Of a stretch of DNA of 64,000 nt, positions 19,371 to 29,327 are shown in pieces (position 1 is the first letter of the stretch; every line of letters begins with the position of its first letter). The translations under genes and the position numbers were made by a program. The notes under the pieces were generated by a model. That model had not been told where the DNA came from. It worked only from the letters and a program-made list of their open reading frames with translations, and ran no database searches. The stretch lies in IMG/VR virus record IMGVR_UViG_3300031227_000031. One strand, given 5' to 3'. Origin of the DNA: an uncultured virus (IMG/VR IMGVR_UViG_3300031227_000031). Taxonomy: Duplodnaviria > Heunggongvirae > Uroviricota > Caudoviricetes.

Positions 19371-20059
19371 TGTACTGGTATAGTCCTTCTTGCTGCCGCC
19401 GCGGCTAAAGGTTCAAAACTTGCAATAAGACAAACCCAATTTTGAGTACTACCTATTGTATGATCTGACGCATCTGTACCAGAACTTGATTTCCATTGAG
19501 TATGAACAGGCATGTGAGATGTCCCGTCTGGAAAATCTATTAATTCTGTCCATCCGCTACCCTCAGTCTGTGCTATATTAGCTCCATCATGTGACTGTGT
19601 ACCAAAGAATAACTCTGTATTCGCGCCCGAAGCAGTTATATTTCCAGAATTAGGTGCTGTGTTTTGTCCGGTAGCTGAAGCGTTTTGACTAAGAACACTT
19701 GATGTCGCATTTCCAGTAAATTCATGGATACCCATAGCATAATCACCCTGACCGCCGCCGTTGGTAACAACAAAAGAACCGCTTGCAGTTGAGGCGATTG
19801 CATAAAAAATCCCGACATTAACTCCCGCATTATCGTCATATACTGCTCTTGTATAAGAATTGCTCTGATTATCACTGATATCATTTGCCCCAATCGCACC
19901 TTCCCATATAGAAAGAACGACAACAATAAGACTATTTACATCAGGAGTAGAATCAAAAGTAGCAGTATTATTATCTGAAACTTTATTCTGCTCTGCTACC
20001 CACGCGCCAAAACAAGGGGTTGTAAAGAGCAGAAAGAATATGATTAGAAATATTTTCAT
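19367..20059 (-). CDS. Beta-rich fibre-tip/receptor-binding-like protein with signal peptide
   Basis: MKIFLIIFFLLFTTPCFG/A N-terminus; coupled (TGATG) to the fibre gene. Confidence 0.65.
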   Translation of the reverse strand: MKIFLIIFFLLFTTPCFGAWVAEQNKVSDNNTATFDSTPDVNSLIVVVLSIWEGAIGANDISDNQSNSYTRAVYDDNAGVNVGIFYAIASTASGSFVVTNGGGQGDYAMGIHEFTGNATSSVLSQNASATGQNTAPNSGNITASGANTELFFGTQSHDGANIAQTEGSGWTELIDFPDGTSHMPVHTQWKSSSGTDASDHTIGSTQNWVCLIASFEPLAAAAARRTIPVH

Positions 20060-23000
20060 CAATCTACCCAATTTCCGGTAAAGCAGATCGACACCCAAGT
20101 CGGAGTGTTCGTCACACTTGTAATGATAAGATCGAGTTCCTCCCCGGCGGCAACTGTTGTGTCCCCGTCGAGGGATATGTCCTCGGCTTCACCCGCCGCA
20201 GGGGCGATATCTGTTTGACTTACGTCCGCCGGGCTTCCATCATCAACCTGTAGGTCGAAACTAACTGTTTGGTCTGACTCTCCCCATATCTCGGTGATTA
20301 GGAAGTCGTTGGCTGTCTTATTCGCCCATATACTGTTGAAATCGTCTGTCGCAACAGGGTCTTCAAACCATATACATTTCGTATCGGTCTGGTCAGCGTC
20401 GGCTATCTGCGTATGCGTAATAATATCAGCGGCTATTTCAGTCGCAGTATTGATTGCCCCTGCAGGCAGGTCTATTGACGTTGTAATTATAGGGGTTGTG
20501 AGGTTCCATGAAGTAACCGCAACACTGTCGTCTATCGTACAAGCATCCTCACCCGCGCAGGTAAACTCTCCGAAATCTTCGCTTTGCAAATCCTCATCCC
20601 CGATTAACCCCGTAGCTGTAAATGCTGTAGTAAAGGTCGGGGAATCGAGAGTAGCATAAGCGGGGTGGGTATGCCCGCCCATACAAACCTTATCAGCCGC
20701 ACAAGCCCCTGTATTATCTTCGTCAGAACAAGCCGTTGCGAAGTTAGCACTAGAGAAATCGTCTGCCGATACGGTCATAATATTTAAGGCGTCCATAGCC
20801 GTTTCTAACTCAGCTTCGGTATTCACCGTACATTGAACCGCTGAACCGTCATTAGTACACATATCACCCGTTGTAAGTGTGCCAACTTCATCGTTATCCC
20901 CTGTATTAGCCCCGGAAACAGAAGAAGCACCCTTGCCTATCGTCAACACGCTATCGTTATCTGCGTGAGCCGTTAAGGTAAGCGTTCCTGTATTTACCGT
21001 TAGGGCTGTGGTCAACGTGGCATTTGTTACTGTCGCTGCATTACCCGTACAGGTGCTTGAGGTCAACGTATCCGATACCTCTGCATCTGTTAAAGCTATC
21101 GTTTCGCAAGTAAAGGTGTTCGGAGCAGCATCAGTATATTCAATCTTTTCATTAGCAGCACAAGCTGTTATACCTATATAAGCCCCTACATTTGCGCCAG
21201 TACCTACAAAGATTTCGTTTGATGCAGCATTAGTAGCAACAGTTTCAAGATCATTGGTTTCTGCATCAGCAGCAGCTAACAAATCCGTTGAGGCTGCCCC
21301 GTTATAGAAATTTAGATTAGTCCCATTCCACCAGAAATCCCCATCAACAGGCGTTCCATTAGCAGTGTCGCCTGTAAACCTCATGTGCGAGCCTGACGCA
21401 TGATCAGCGAATATCTCTAAAGCTGCTCCTGCTCCGTCATGTTGGATTTCTAAGGTTGGTTCGGTTGAGCTTGCATTATCTTGCTCAAAGAATACTAGTG
21501 GTGAATTTATTTGAACAACGTTAGAACGAACATAAAAACTATAACTTGATGCCGCTAATATACCCAGTTGATTAATATATAACCCATCACCCACTCCACG
21601 ATTGATAATATATGCCGCTCTTTGAGTAGAGCCGCCAAACTGGTCAATCTCAAAAAGAATATCATTGGTTTGAGCAACTGTGGAAAGAAGATATATCCCA
21701 TGTTTTGTACTTGCTAATACTCCGTCTTGGTGAATGTATAACCCATGATTTATATGGTCATTATCTACTTCTAAAACAGTTTCATTGGCGTCTGAATTAA
21801 TGTCAACTAACCCATTGAAAGTAGGCGCAGTCGATGGAGATTTAGCATCTATCTGCCCCTGTATTGCTGATGTAACACCTTTGAGGTAAATCAACTCTGC
21901 AAGACTTGGATATGTTGCTACGGCTCCTGAAGTAAGGTTCTTAGAAGCGTCTGTTATGACAATTTCGGAAGCGGTCAGCCCTACGATATTAATTAACCCA
22001 GCATTACTTATCGACATTCTTGCCGTTGGAGTTGCTTCCCCGTCAAGAGCCGTAGCAAATATTAATTCTGTCGGTAAATCGTTATTCCCCGCCACTCCAT
22101 TAATTACGGCTCGGATATAAGCCCCAATGTTTAAATCGTTATCTGTATCATCCCATCCCATAAATGCTATCTGTCCTAAAATATCATCATCAACAACTTG
22201 AGTCGGGGAACCATGCGTACCCCTTGCTCTAACAATAGCTACCGTTGAGGAATGAGTATCAGAGGCTCTGTCCATGTATGATATATAAGTATCCGCAACA
22301 TCATCACCGTATACGCCAAACTGAATAGATTTAGTTACTCCATTAACACTTATGGTTGGATGTAAATTTGAACCAACCGCTAAAGCACCATATATTTCAG
22401 TATCGCCATCTTGCATTATTGAAAAGACCGTTCCCCCCGCATCTTGACACCTGAAATAATCAGCAAGAACTTGGTCGTCATCTACGCTATAATTAAGGTC
22501 TAATAAATACATCTGGTTTGCTACGTCAGCATCAGAATCATTTATCGTAAAGAAAGAACCCGCCGCATCATAAGCAGTAGTAAGGAGAATATTCTCAGAG
22601 GCATGGTCAAAGTCTATTGTTGTTAATCCGTCATTGTCAGGGTCGCCTATATCATCCCAAGCGGTTGCACCACCACTGTCCTGATCTACTCCACAACTAA
22701 AAGAATTTGTAGTGGTATCATAAAGAAGTTTATCTGTTCCAGCAGTATCACAATCCGGCACCGATTTATAAACAACTGTATTCGTAGTTGTACCAACTGG
22801 AATTTCATCATCTGCAATACCAGTAGTAATTGTTTCAAGATTATTTACCTCTGTTGCTCCGGCTGCGACATAAGATGCTGTCCCATCATTATTATTAGTT
22901 AGAGTCGTATTGGGTACTTTAAGTTTATACGCCGCAACACTGGGGTCACCATCCTCTTCCTCTATAAGAAGAAGTGGGCCTTGAGAATAAGCGGTTGTAC

Positions 23001-23064
23001 TGCAAAATAGAACAGTTGTACTGCAAAATAGAAGAAAGGTAAGTATGTATGGTAATTTTTTCAT
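20059..23064 (-). CDS. Long acidic tail fibre-like protein with signal peptide
   Basis: MKKLPYILTFLLF...AYS/Q; fibre-type segments (GQIAFMGWD, ELIFATALDG, YLKGVTSAIQGQIDAK); 15 Cys after the signal. Confidence 0.75.
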   Translation of the reverse strand: MKKLPYILTFLLFCSTTVLFCSTTAYSQGPLLLIEEEDGDPSVAAYKLKVPNTTLTNNNDGTASYVAAGATEVNNLETITTGIADDEIPVGTTTNTVVYKSVPDCDTAGTDKLLYDTTTNSFSCGVDQDSGGATAWDDIGDPDNDGLTTIDFDHASENILLTTAYDAAGSFFTINDSDADVANQMYLLDLNYSVDDDQVLADYFRCQDAGGTVFSIMQDGDTEIYGALAVGSNLHPTISVNGVTKSIQFGVYGDDVADTYISYMDRASDTHSSTVAIVRARGTHGSPTQVVDDDILGQIAFMGWDDTDNDLNIGAYIRAVINGVAGNNDLPTELIFATALDGEATPTARMSISNAGLINIVGLTASEIVITDASKNLTSGAVATYPSLAELIYLKGVTSAIQGQIDAKSPSTAPTFNGLVDINSDANETVLEVDNDHINHGLYIHQDGVLASTKHGIYLLSTVAQTNDILFEIDQFGGSTQRAAYIINRGVGDGLYINQLGILAASSYSFYVRSNVVQINSPLVFFEQDNASSTEPTLEIQHDGAGAALEIFADHASGSHMRFTGDTANGTPVDGDFWWNGTNLNFYNGAASTDLLAAADAETNDLETVATNAASNEIFVGTGANVGAYIGITACAANEKIEYTDAAPNTFTCETIALTDAEVSDTLTSSTCTGNAATVTNATLTTALTVNTGTLTLTAHADNDSVLTIGKGASSVSGANTGDNDEVGTLTTGDMCTNDGSAVQCTVNTEAELETAMDALNIMTVSADDFSSANFATACSDEDNTGACAADKVCMGGHTHPAYATLDSPTFTTAFTATGLIGDEDLQSEDFGEFTCAGEDACTIDDSVAVTSWNLTTPIITTSIDLPAGAINTATEIAADIITHTQIADADQTDTKCIWFEDPVATDDFNSIWANKTANDFLITEIWGESDQTVSFDLQVDDGSPADVSQTDIAPAAGEAEDISLDGDTTVAAGEELDLIITSVTNTPTWVSICFTGNWVD

Positions 23065-23366
23065 CGAAAGTATGTCACCGTTATCTGAGCAAGTGTGCCA
23101 CTGCTCACTGAAGTTGTTCTAAAGTTTCTAATTGCATCAAAACTCTTAAGTTCAAACTGCATAAACGCAGTCATCTTGTGGCCTACAGTGCTTGAAGCCG
23201 TAACCGTACTTGTTTGGACATAACTAATTATTGGCCCAGCATCAACTGATACATTCGCCCATTTCACAGGAAGTCCACCTGACGCGGGACGATAAGTTGT
23301 GGTTGTCAACCCAACAGTAGCATCAGCACTTGTTACTGTTAGAGTTTCCATCGCATAGGGTTCCAT
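23061..23366 (-). CDS. Small Ser/Thr-rich beta structural protein
   Basis: Composition and position. Confidence 0.6.
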   Translation of the reverse strand: MEPYAMETLTVTSADATVGLTTTTYRPASGGLPVKWANVSVDAGPIISYVQTSTVTASSTVGHKMTAFMQFELKSFDAIRNFRTTSVSSGTLAQITVTYFR

Positions 23367-23367
23367 A

Positions 23368-23850
23368 TTATTCTCCTAAGATTTCGTTCAGTATATCGAG
23401 CTTGGCTTGAGATTTAACATCAAGGTTATCCTCACGGTCTGATTTAAGGTACTCTTTATGAATCTCATCACGTTTAGCAATGATTTCCTCGGTGTTCATA
23501 CCTTTCTCTCTAGACTCTTTAACCTGCTCAAGTTCCGCAATTCGTTTGAGTAAGTTCGCTATAATACTCGACTTTTCAGTATCGCCAACCAGTACTCGTA
23601 TTTTGTTCTCAACAAGTTTGACAACTCCAACAAGTTTGTCATCAACTCCTGAATCCATAACTTCAATGCGATCCTTAACACTATCATTGAGTTTCTTAAC
23701 CCTATCTCTAACATTATGAATTTGGTCGCCAATATATGTATGAGCTTCATCATTCTCCGTCTTTCTGTTGGAAAGCATACTGTTAACAACAATAAGAGTA
23801 TTCCGAATTTCCCGAATATCCTTTGAATAATCTTTCTGTTTCCACCACAT
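23368..23850 (-). CDS. Coiled-coil hypothetical protein
   Basis: Operon ORF. Confidence 0.6.
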   Translation of the reverse strand: MWWKQKDYSKDIREIRNTLIVVNSMLSNRKTENDEAHTYIGDQIHNVRDRVKKLNDSVKDRIEVMDSGVDDKLVGVVKLVENKIRVLVGDTEKSSIIANLLKRIAELEQVKESREKGMNTEEIIAKRDEIHKEYLKSDREDNLDVKSQAKLDILNEILGE

Positions 23851-24158
23851 TAGTGTATCTCCTTTATGAAAAAGATTATTTTGAAGGTATCGCTTTGGCT
23901 TAAATTGGAAATGAGGACTGTTAATTTGGCCTGAGTATCCGTTCCCAATGCAAGCCCTTCTTTATCATCAAGACGACCCGTGTGGGTTCTATCGTAAATC
24001 TCATCTGCGGATTTATCAACAATCCGTAACCGCCAAGATGTATCGTTCTTGGAAGGCTGAACTATAAGATGTTGGAGTAATCCCCGCATCTTTTCAGTAT
24101 TGAACTGTCCAGAACTTCCCTTAATCTTGATAATGTGCTTTTTCTTGTCGAAAAGCAT
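23850..24158 (-). CDS. Hypothetical structural protein
   Basis: Coupled ORF. Confidence 0.6.
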   Translation of the reverse strand: MLFDKKKHIIKIKGSSGQFNTEKMRGLLQHLIVQPSKNDTSWRLRIVDKSADEIYDRTHTGRLDDKEGLALGTDTQAKLTVLISNLSQSDTFKIIFFIKEIH

Positions 24159-24463
24159 TATTTTGGGATTGCGGTAATTACTTGGATAGTTGTAAGTCCC
24201 ACAGTCAGTATTTTCCGTAACCCGCTATAAGTCTGGTCGCCCATACTGAACTCCTGAGTCAACTGTCCTCTGTTGCCTGATGCAAGAGCTATAGTTTCGG
24301 CATAAAGAATTATATCTGCGGAATTAGATGTTGAAATAGAAACTGATCCGGCAGATGCCGTATTCCAAGTTACCCTGATTTTGTGGATTGGGACTGGGCT
24401 GTTAGTCACAAGACCATCCGTTGTGTCGAGCGCCCAAACTTTTCCTGTTAAAAGATTTGCCAT
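24158..24463 (-). CDS. Small beta structural protein
   Basis: Coupled ORF. Confidence 0.6.
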   Translation of the reverse strand: MANLLTGKVWALDTTDGLVTNSPVPIHKIRVTWNTASAGSVSISTSNSADIILYAETIALASGNRGQLTQEFSMGDQTYSGLRKILTVGLTTIQVITAIPK

Positions 24464-24732
24464 TATTTCCTACTCCTTTTTTTCCTCTTCTTTAAACTCG
24501 ATGGGATACTCCACCCAACATTCGCTTTTTTCTTTTCTATCTTTTTTACTTTAAACTTCTCAATTTTCTTCACGGGTTCTGTCCGAATTTCCACGAACCG
24601 CTGTTTTGGCGCCAACGTTTTTGCTGGTGCTTTTTTTGTTATAGACGCTGTTTTTGTCGCCGCTTTTTGGCGACCTTCTTTCCTCACCCTTGCTTTGACA
24701 TTATCAACATCATTGTCATTACGTTTGAACAT
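24463..24732 (-). CDS. Lys-rich basic protein
   Basis: Coupled ORF. Confidence 0.55.
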   Translation of the reverse strand: MFKRNDNDVDNVKARVRKEGRQKAATKTASITKKAPAKTLAPKQRFVEIRTEPVKKIEKFKVKKIEKKKANVGWSIPSSLKKRKKRSRK

Positions 24733-25253
24733 TATGCCCTTCCTTTTCTGATGGGGCGAAATCTTTCAACATCACCCGCGTGTGGATTGTCTGGATCAAG
24801 ATGCCTCATGATATTCTTGAACTCCTTCACATACTTCTCATTCTTCTTATTCCATGCGACATTACGATTAACACTATTTAAGTTCGCCATTCTGCTTTCA
24901 TCAACAACGGTTTTGATTGTCCCATTAACTTCAAACTGTTTAACCGGATGAAGTTCATCACGGGACAACATTCCAACTTTAAACATATCTTTCAACTCTT
25001 TTGCCCGTTTCCACATTTTACTTTTTGTAATACCATCAAGGGTTTCAGGCATAGTGTTATCCATTGACCGTTTATAATCACGATAATTCTTCATTGCATC
25101 ACCCTGGTTAATTCTACCCTTGTACTCCGCACCAGTTTTATCTTTCTCCTCCTTAACCCTATCAGCCATTTCTCGGCGTGCAACAGGTTTGGCAACTTTA
25201 CGGTCAACTTGATGCTTGAAAGTCGTATCACTGTTTTTTGTAAATATTATCAT
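24732..25253 (-). CDS. Hypothetical phage protein
   Basis: Coupled ORF. Confidence 0.65.
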   Translation of the reverse strand: MIIFTKNSDTTFKHQVDRKVAKPVARREMADRVKEEKDKTGAEYKGRINQGDAMKNYRDYKRSMDNTMPETLDGITKSKMWKRAKELKDMFKVGMLSRDELHPVKQFEVNGTIKTVVDESRMANLNSVNRNVAWNKKNEKYVKEFKNIMRHLDPDNPHAGDVERFRPIRKGRA

Positions 25254-25531
25254 TTCAAGAACCTATATGATGGTTTACCACCCATAAGCGCAGGATTCTT
25301 CATATGAGTGTACTCATTATTGTCCAAAATGTTCCCGTCAATATTAACAAGGTTATGGCAGTATTCACAACGGTATTGATAACATTGTGGGGAAACGGAT
25401 TGTATAAATTTGAGTTTAGGTTTATGCGCCCCGTCAAAAGGTTGATTACTCGGGCATAACCCATAAGGACACGGCATTTCATGAAACCACTTTTTAACCT
25501 TACTTACATCTTTAGAGAACCATTTGAGCAT
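25250..25531 (-). CDS. Zinc-ribbon protein
   Basis: CPYGLC and CEYC. Confidence 0.65.
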   Translation of the reverse strand: MLKWFSKDVSKVKKWFHEMPCPYGLCPSNQPFDGAHKPKLKFIQSVSPQCYQYRCEYCHNLVNIDGNILDNNEYTHMKNPALMGGKPSYRFLK

Positions 25532-26967
25532 TTTCTTACCTTTATATATCCAAGTTTAATAGCTTTAACTGCCTCAATAATTCCAAATGAATCTCCCGGT
25601 TCCATTTCATCCATACATACGTCTATTGGCATATGTTTATCAATTCCTTGTTCATGGAATATAATTTTAAGTAAGTCAACTCGTTGTTTTGCAAGTGCTA
25701 CGATTGCAAATTCCCGAGGCCCATGTTTAATTGCCATTTCTGTATAATAAAGTGATTTTTCCCAACTGGTCATCACGCTAAAATACGCCGCTATGTTTAC
25801 CAAGCAGAGGAATGAATATTTTTCAAGAAACAACCCTTTTTCAAACAACTTCTTAGCTTCAAGGTGTTTTCCAATATGAAGGTATCGTTCTCCAAGGTTT
25901 GCGTAGTTGCTGATACAATCTGGATGATCTTTTATTCCGTGGATGTAAAGTTGTGATATTGTACTGAACGCCGGAATATAGTTCATTGTCTTGTATGCGT
26001 AAAGCAGGCATACAATCATAAGAATTATTGGGTTCTGACATAACGGGGCCAGAATTAATGCTATTCCAACATTGGGAAGGTATGTGTAGCGTTCTGCAAT
26101 AAACTGGCCCAAAATCTTAAACTGGGAGAAAGGACCAATAGTAACAAAAAACCAAACAACGCCCAAAGGCGACAAATGCCAACCAACAACCGAAAAGACC
26201 AAAATCGTTAGTAAAGAAAACCAAAACTCACCGTCAGCCGACTCCAACCGAGCACGGACGCCCTTCTCCTTCATGTATCCGAACCCGTACTGCCGAAAAA
26301 AGGCAAGTTTATTGGGAAACAAGCATAAACGAATGTAATAAGCGACAACCTTGGTCATTAAGAAGATTTTACGCCAAGTAGTCGTATCTTTCTTCCCCAT
26401 GTTTCTTATTTTATACCCTGTGCGGAATCTGTGGCCGAATAGGTAAAATACTAGGGGCCAGAATAAGATTAATCCCCAGTATGAGCTTATTGGTAGTAAG
26501 AATAAGAACGGAAGCCCAACACAAATTATTGTTGACCCAAGTGCTGCTGTGAAGAATACAGTTGAAACCAATGCTCCTGCAATGTTAGCAAATGGAAGGA
26601 AACTGAATGTAATCGGGAATTGGTGTATGAAAAAGAACGAGGTTAATGCTAGAAATGTTGTGAATGAGTAGTACCCACCAGTTTTCCATGCTGCACCATT
26701 AACGCTCAATGGGTTAATGAGGAAAAGTAATGAAGGTATCGGCCCGAACAGTATATAGAGTAACCAAACATTAAGTGCGTGAGTGATTACTGGGAGGAAA
26801 TTCCGCCAAGGATTAGGCCGTGCTGAGTAGAACTCAGGTGGTGGTGAACTTCGCGGGACAACGTAAAGGTAATCCCAACGCCTGACAATATCATCAATGA
26901 TGTAATGGAAACCCCAAACTCTCCAATACAGCACCGCTATTAAAATCATTAGTAAGGTTAGAACCAT
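25504..26967 (-). CDS. TMTC-like GT-C membrane glycosyltransferase with C-terminal TPRs
   Basis: LYWRVWGFHYIIDD (DD after TM1), HALNVWLLY, LLFLINPL..GAAWKTG, IAERYTYLPNVG, TPR-like ANLGERY. Confidence 0.85.
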   Translation of the reverse strand: MVLTLLMILIAVLYWRVWGFHYIIDDIVRRWDYLYVVPRSSPPPEFYSARPNPWRNFLPVITHALNVWLLYILFGPIPSLLFLINPLSVNGAAWKTGGYYSFTTFLALTSFFFIHQFPITFSFLPFANIAGALVSTVFFTAALGSTIICVGLPFLFLLPISSYWGLILFWPLVFYLFGHRFRTGYKIRNMGKKDTTTWRKIFLMTKVVAYYIRLCLFPNKLAFFRQYGFGYMKEKGVRARLESADGEFWFSLLTILVFSVVGWHLSPLGVVWFFVTIGPFSQFKILGQFIAERYTYLPNVGIALILAPLCQNPIILMIVCLLYAYKTMNYIPAFSTISQLYIHGIKDHPDCISNYANLGERYLHIGKHLEAKKLFEKGLFLEKYSFLCLVNIAAYFSVMTSWEKSLYYTEMAIKHGPREFAIVALAKQRVDLLKIIFHEQGIDKHMPIDVCMDEMEPGDSFGIIEAVKAIKLGYIKVRKCSNGSLKM

Positions 26968-26992
26968 GTCTTCTCCTTGCCAGAAATAGTTT

Positions 26993-27718
26993 TTACTTTT
27001 TTCTTATCCACCAAAAATTGTTGTAATAATTAGGTATCCCGAATCGTTCATTTACGGCTTTCGTGACACCATGATGAATGTCGTTTACCATGTCCTGCTC
27101 TATATACTTCTCATCATAATTCTTATTATTGTAATCATGTCCTGCGAGTATCCCTTTATTCTTGATCTTGGGATACCATAATTCTATATCTTTTTTAACA
27201 CAACTGTACCGATGGTCTGCGTCAATCCAGAACCAATCAAATGTGTTATCTTTTATTCTAACTGCTGCTTCTTCAGAACTCATCTGCATGAGGGTATAAA
27301 TATCTTCATATTCATTCATTCTGTTGAGAAACTCATTTTTGATACGTCCGTCTATATCAGACTGAACTGCTCCCTTGCTACCCTTAAACCATTCAATAAC
27401 AATAAACTTACCAGACTTATTTTTCCTTATCCACTTAGCAATAGTTAAAGTTGACGCCCCACGATCAGCACCGAGTTCACCAATAACAGGGTTCTTCTTG
27501 TTCTTAATTTGCTTAAGAATCTCGGTCAGATAATTCATTGTATTGATAACACTAATGTTTATTTCAACATCATAACCAACACGTTGACTTATTTGTTCAC
27601 CAATCTTCTGAATTTCCTTAATTAATTTTTCTCTTTCATCTATAGTGATGATTTGAGAAAACTTATTACAGAGTACTTGAAGAGCTTCTCTCTCTTTTAA
27701 TGTGAATGTATCAGTCAT
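26993..27718 (-). CDS. Class I SAM methyltransferase (Methyltransf_24-like)
   Basis: ELGADRGAST and FDWFWIDADHRY...GILAGHDY motifs. Confidence 0.88.
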   Translation of the reverse strand: MTDTFTLKEREALQVLCNKFSQIITIDEREKLIKEIQKIGEQISQRVGYDVEINISVINTMNYLTEILKQIKNKKNPVIGELGADRGASTLTIAKWIRKNKSGKFIVIEWFKGSKGAVQSDIDGRIKNEFLNRMNEYEDIYTLMQMSSEEAAVRIKDNTFDWFWIDADHRYSCVKKDIELWYPKIKNKGILAGHDYNNKNYDEKYIEQDMVNDIHHGVTKAVNERFGIPNYYNNFWWIRKK

Positions 27719-27727
27719 AAAAAGATG

Positions 27728-27751
27728 TAAGGGGGAACTTAATCCCCCTTT
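27728..27751 (-). terminator. Hairpin/weak intrinsic terminator after the capsid block
   Basis: Minus strand AAGGGGGA-ttaagt-TCCCCCTT followed by acatcttttt. Confidence 0.55.
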
Positions 27752-27753
27752 AA

Positions 27754-28314
27754 TTATGCTACTGGTATTAGGTTTATCATAATTTCTGCTGAATTAACTG
27801 ATGCTGTAACTGCGGAAGTAATGTGAATAAAACTTCCTTGTCCTAACGCTGTTGCGCCAATAGCTGTGTTAACTTGACCACCAGCATTTGATACAGATGC
27901 AACTGTTAAAGTTGTGACCGCAGCACCAGTACTTACACTTGTTGCTGTAACTCTGACTACTCTGTTAATACCTGTCGTTGCGCCTTGAATGTGTATGATT
28001 TCCGCAACACACTTAAAAGGTACTCTTAATGCCGCACCTGAATCATATAGTGATGAAGTAACCGCAACACTATATAAATCAACAACAGCAGTTCCACCAA
28101 CAATGAAAGCAACTTTAGGCCCGTAAACACTTCCGTGTGCTGCCACAACAGTACCAGCTATACTTGCATCACCAGTAATAGTTGCGTTTCCATTAATAGT
28201 CGCACTTGCAGCAGTAAGTGTGTTTATCGAAGCATCTCCGCCAGTAATAATTCCATCGACGGCTCCGGTTGCTGTTGATAACGAAATACCATTGGGTAAA
28301 TTAGTCCATGGCAT
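27754..28314 (-). CDS. Putative head decoration/fibre protein
   Basis: TNLPNGIS N-terminus; Ser/Thr/Ala-rich; directly after the MCP gene. Confidence 0.6.
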   Translation of the reverse strand: MPWTNLPNGISLSTATGAVDGIITGGDASINTLTAASATINGNATITGDASIAGTVVAAHGSVYGPKVAFIVGGTAVVDLYSVAVTSSLYDSGAALRVPFKCVAEIIHIQGATTGINRVVRVTATSVSTGAAVTTLTVASVSNAGGQVNTAIGATALGQGSFIHITSAVTASVNSAEIMINLIPVA

Positions 28315-28332
28315 AATAAAAACCTCCTTTAA

Positions 28333-28376
28333 TCCTCTTCCACGGAATCGAACCGTGGTTTACCGCCACTAGAGGG
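28333..28376 (-). ncRNA. tRNA-elbow-like mini element (T-arm without anticodon arm)
   Basis: Minus strand CCCTCT-AGTGGCGGTAAA-CCACGG TTCGATT CCGTGG-A-AGAGGA. Confidence 0.45.
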
Positions 28377-28416
28377 TAGGGGGCAGTGGTTTAGACTACC
28401 CCCCGTTTACCCACAT

Positions 28417-29307
28417 TTATACAAGCTGACCATAAATCCAGCGCCAGTCATCCCAGCCTGTTCCAACACGATAATAACCCAGATAAGAAGCTACTAAAGT
28501 ATTAGAATCTTTGTCCTGGAAAAACTGAACTGGTTCACGGTTCCACCATAAGAGATATTCCTTCTGCATATCGAAATCTGACATAAACCAGTCAGTCGTA
28601 TCAGTAAGTCTATCCCAAACAACTAACTTATATTTCCCTTGATGGAAATTAGAGTTGTTGTTAGCAGTATCAACTTTACCTTTGGTGTTAATAATTTCCC
28701 AACCCGTCTGTTCAAGTGCGCGAGGCACAATAATAGTGTCGGGGTTAACGGAAATCATTTCACCAATATCACCTCTAAACGCGTGCATAGCAATGCGGGT
28801 TGTTTCCACATTAGCTGCACTAAGTGCAGATGTTCCCTCGTTGCTCTGAGTAGATACACCAGATACGTTTGAAGCGTGATCGCTGGCACAAAGTTCTGCG
28901 CCATCGCCATCCGTAGGTTCAAAAGTGAACGCGAGGCTGTAAAGCTGTGCCCCAAGTTTTTCTCTTGACCTACTTGCTGCTGTAGCCATATTCTTCGGAT
29001 ACCTTGACATAATACGATAATTGTCATCCGCTGCAATCTTTCTTTGGATTTCAATTTTCTGAGCATACTCAGTAAACGTATAAGTCTTGTCGTATCCGGG
29101 AGTTGGATTTACTTCACCAATTTTGCCTGTAAATTCTTCGAAATCAGGCACCTGACCTGCTTCTGACGTCTTTTCAAAAGCGTTATTTGACTTTTGTACG
29201 TTAAACAAATCAGGGACCATTGCAGGCAAGACCATATACTTATCAAAATAGATTTTACGGAAATCTTGTTCCGTCAAATCCGGCCAATTAGCTGCTAGTT
29301 GAGGCAT
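28417..29307 (-). CDS. Major capsid protein (Mu gpT-like, HK97 fold)
   Basis: DGAELCASDH, ALSAANVE, NPDTIIVP and DWRWIYG motifs; position after scaffold. Confidence 0.88.
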   Translation of the reverse strand: MPQLAANWPDLTEQDFRKIYFDKYMVLPAMVPDLFNVQKSNNAFEKTSEAGQVPDFEEFTGKIGEVNPTPGYDKTYTFTEYAQKIEIQRKIAADDNYRIMSRYPKNMATAASRSREKLGAQLYSLAFTFEPTDGDGAELCASDHASNVSGVSTQSNEGTSALSAANVETTRIAMHAFRGDIGEMISVNPDTIIVPRALEQTGWEIINTKGKVDTANNNSNFHQGKYKLVVWDRLTDTTDWFMSDFDMQKEYLLWWNREPVQFFQDKDSNTLVASYLGYYRVGTGWDDWRWIYGQLV

Positions 29308-29327
29308 GGTTAAACTCCTTAATTTAT

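Noticed and set aside
28333..28376. Functional tRNA gene
   Set aside because: Only about 44 nt with no anticodon arm; kept as a tRNA-like element
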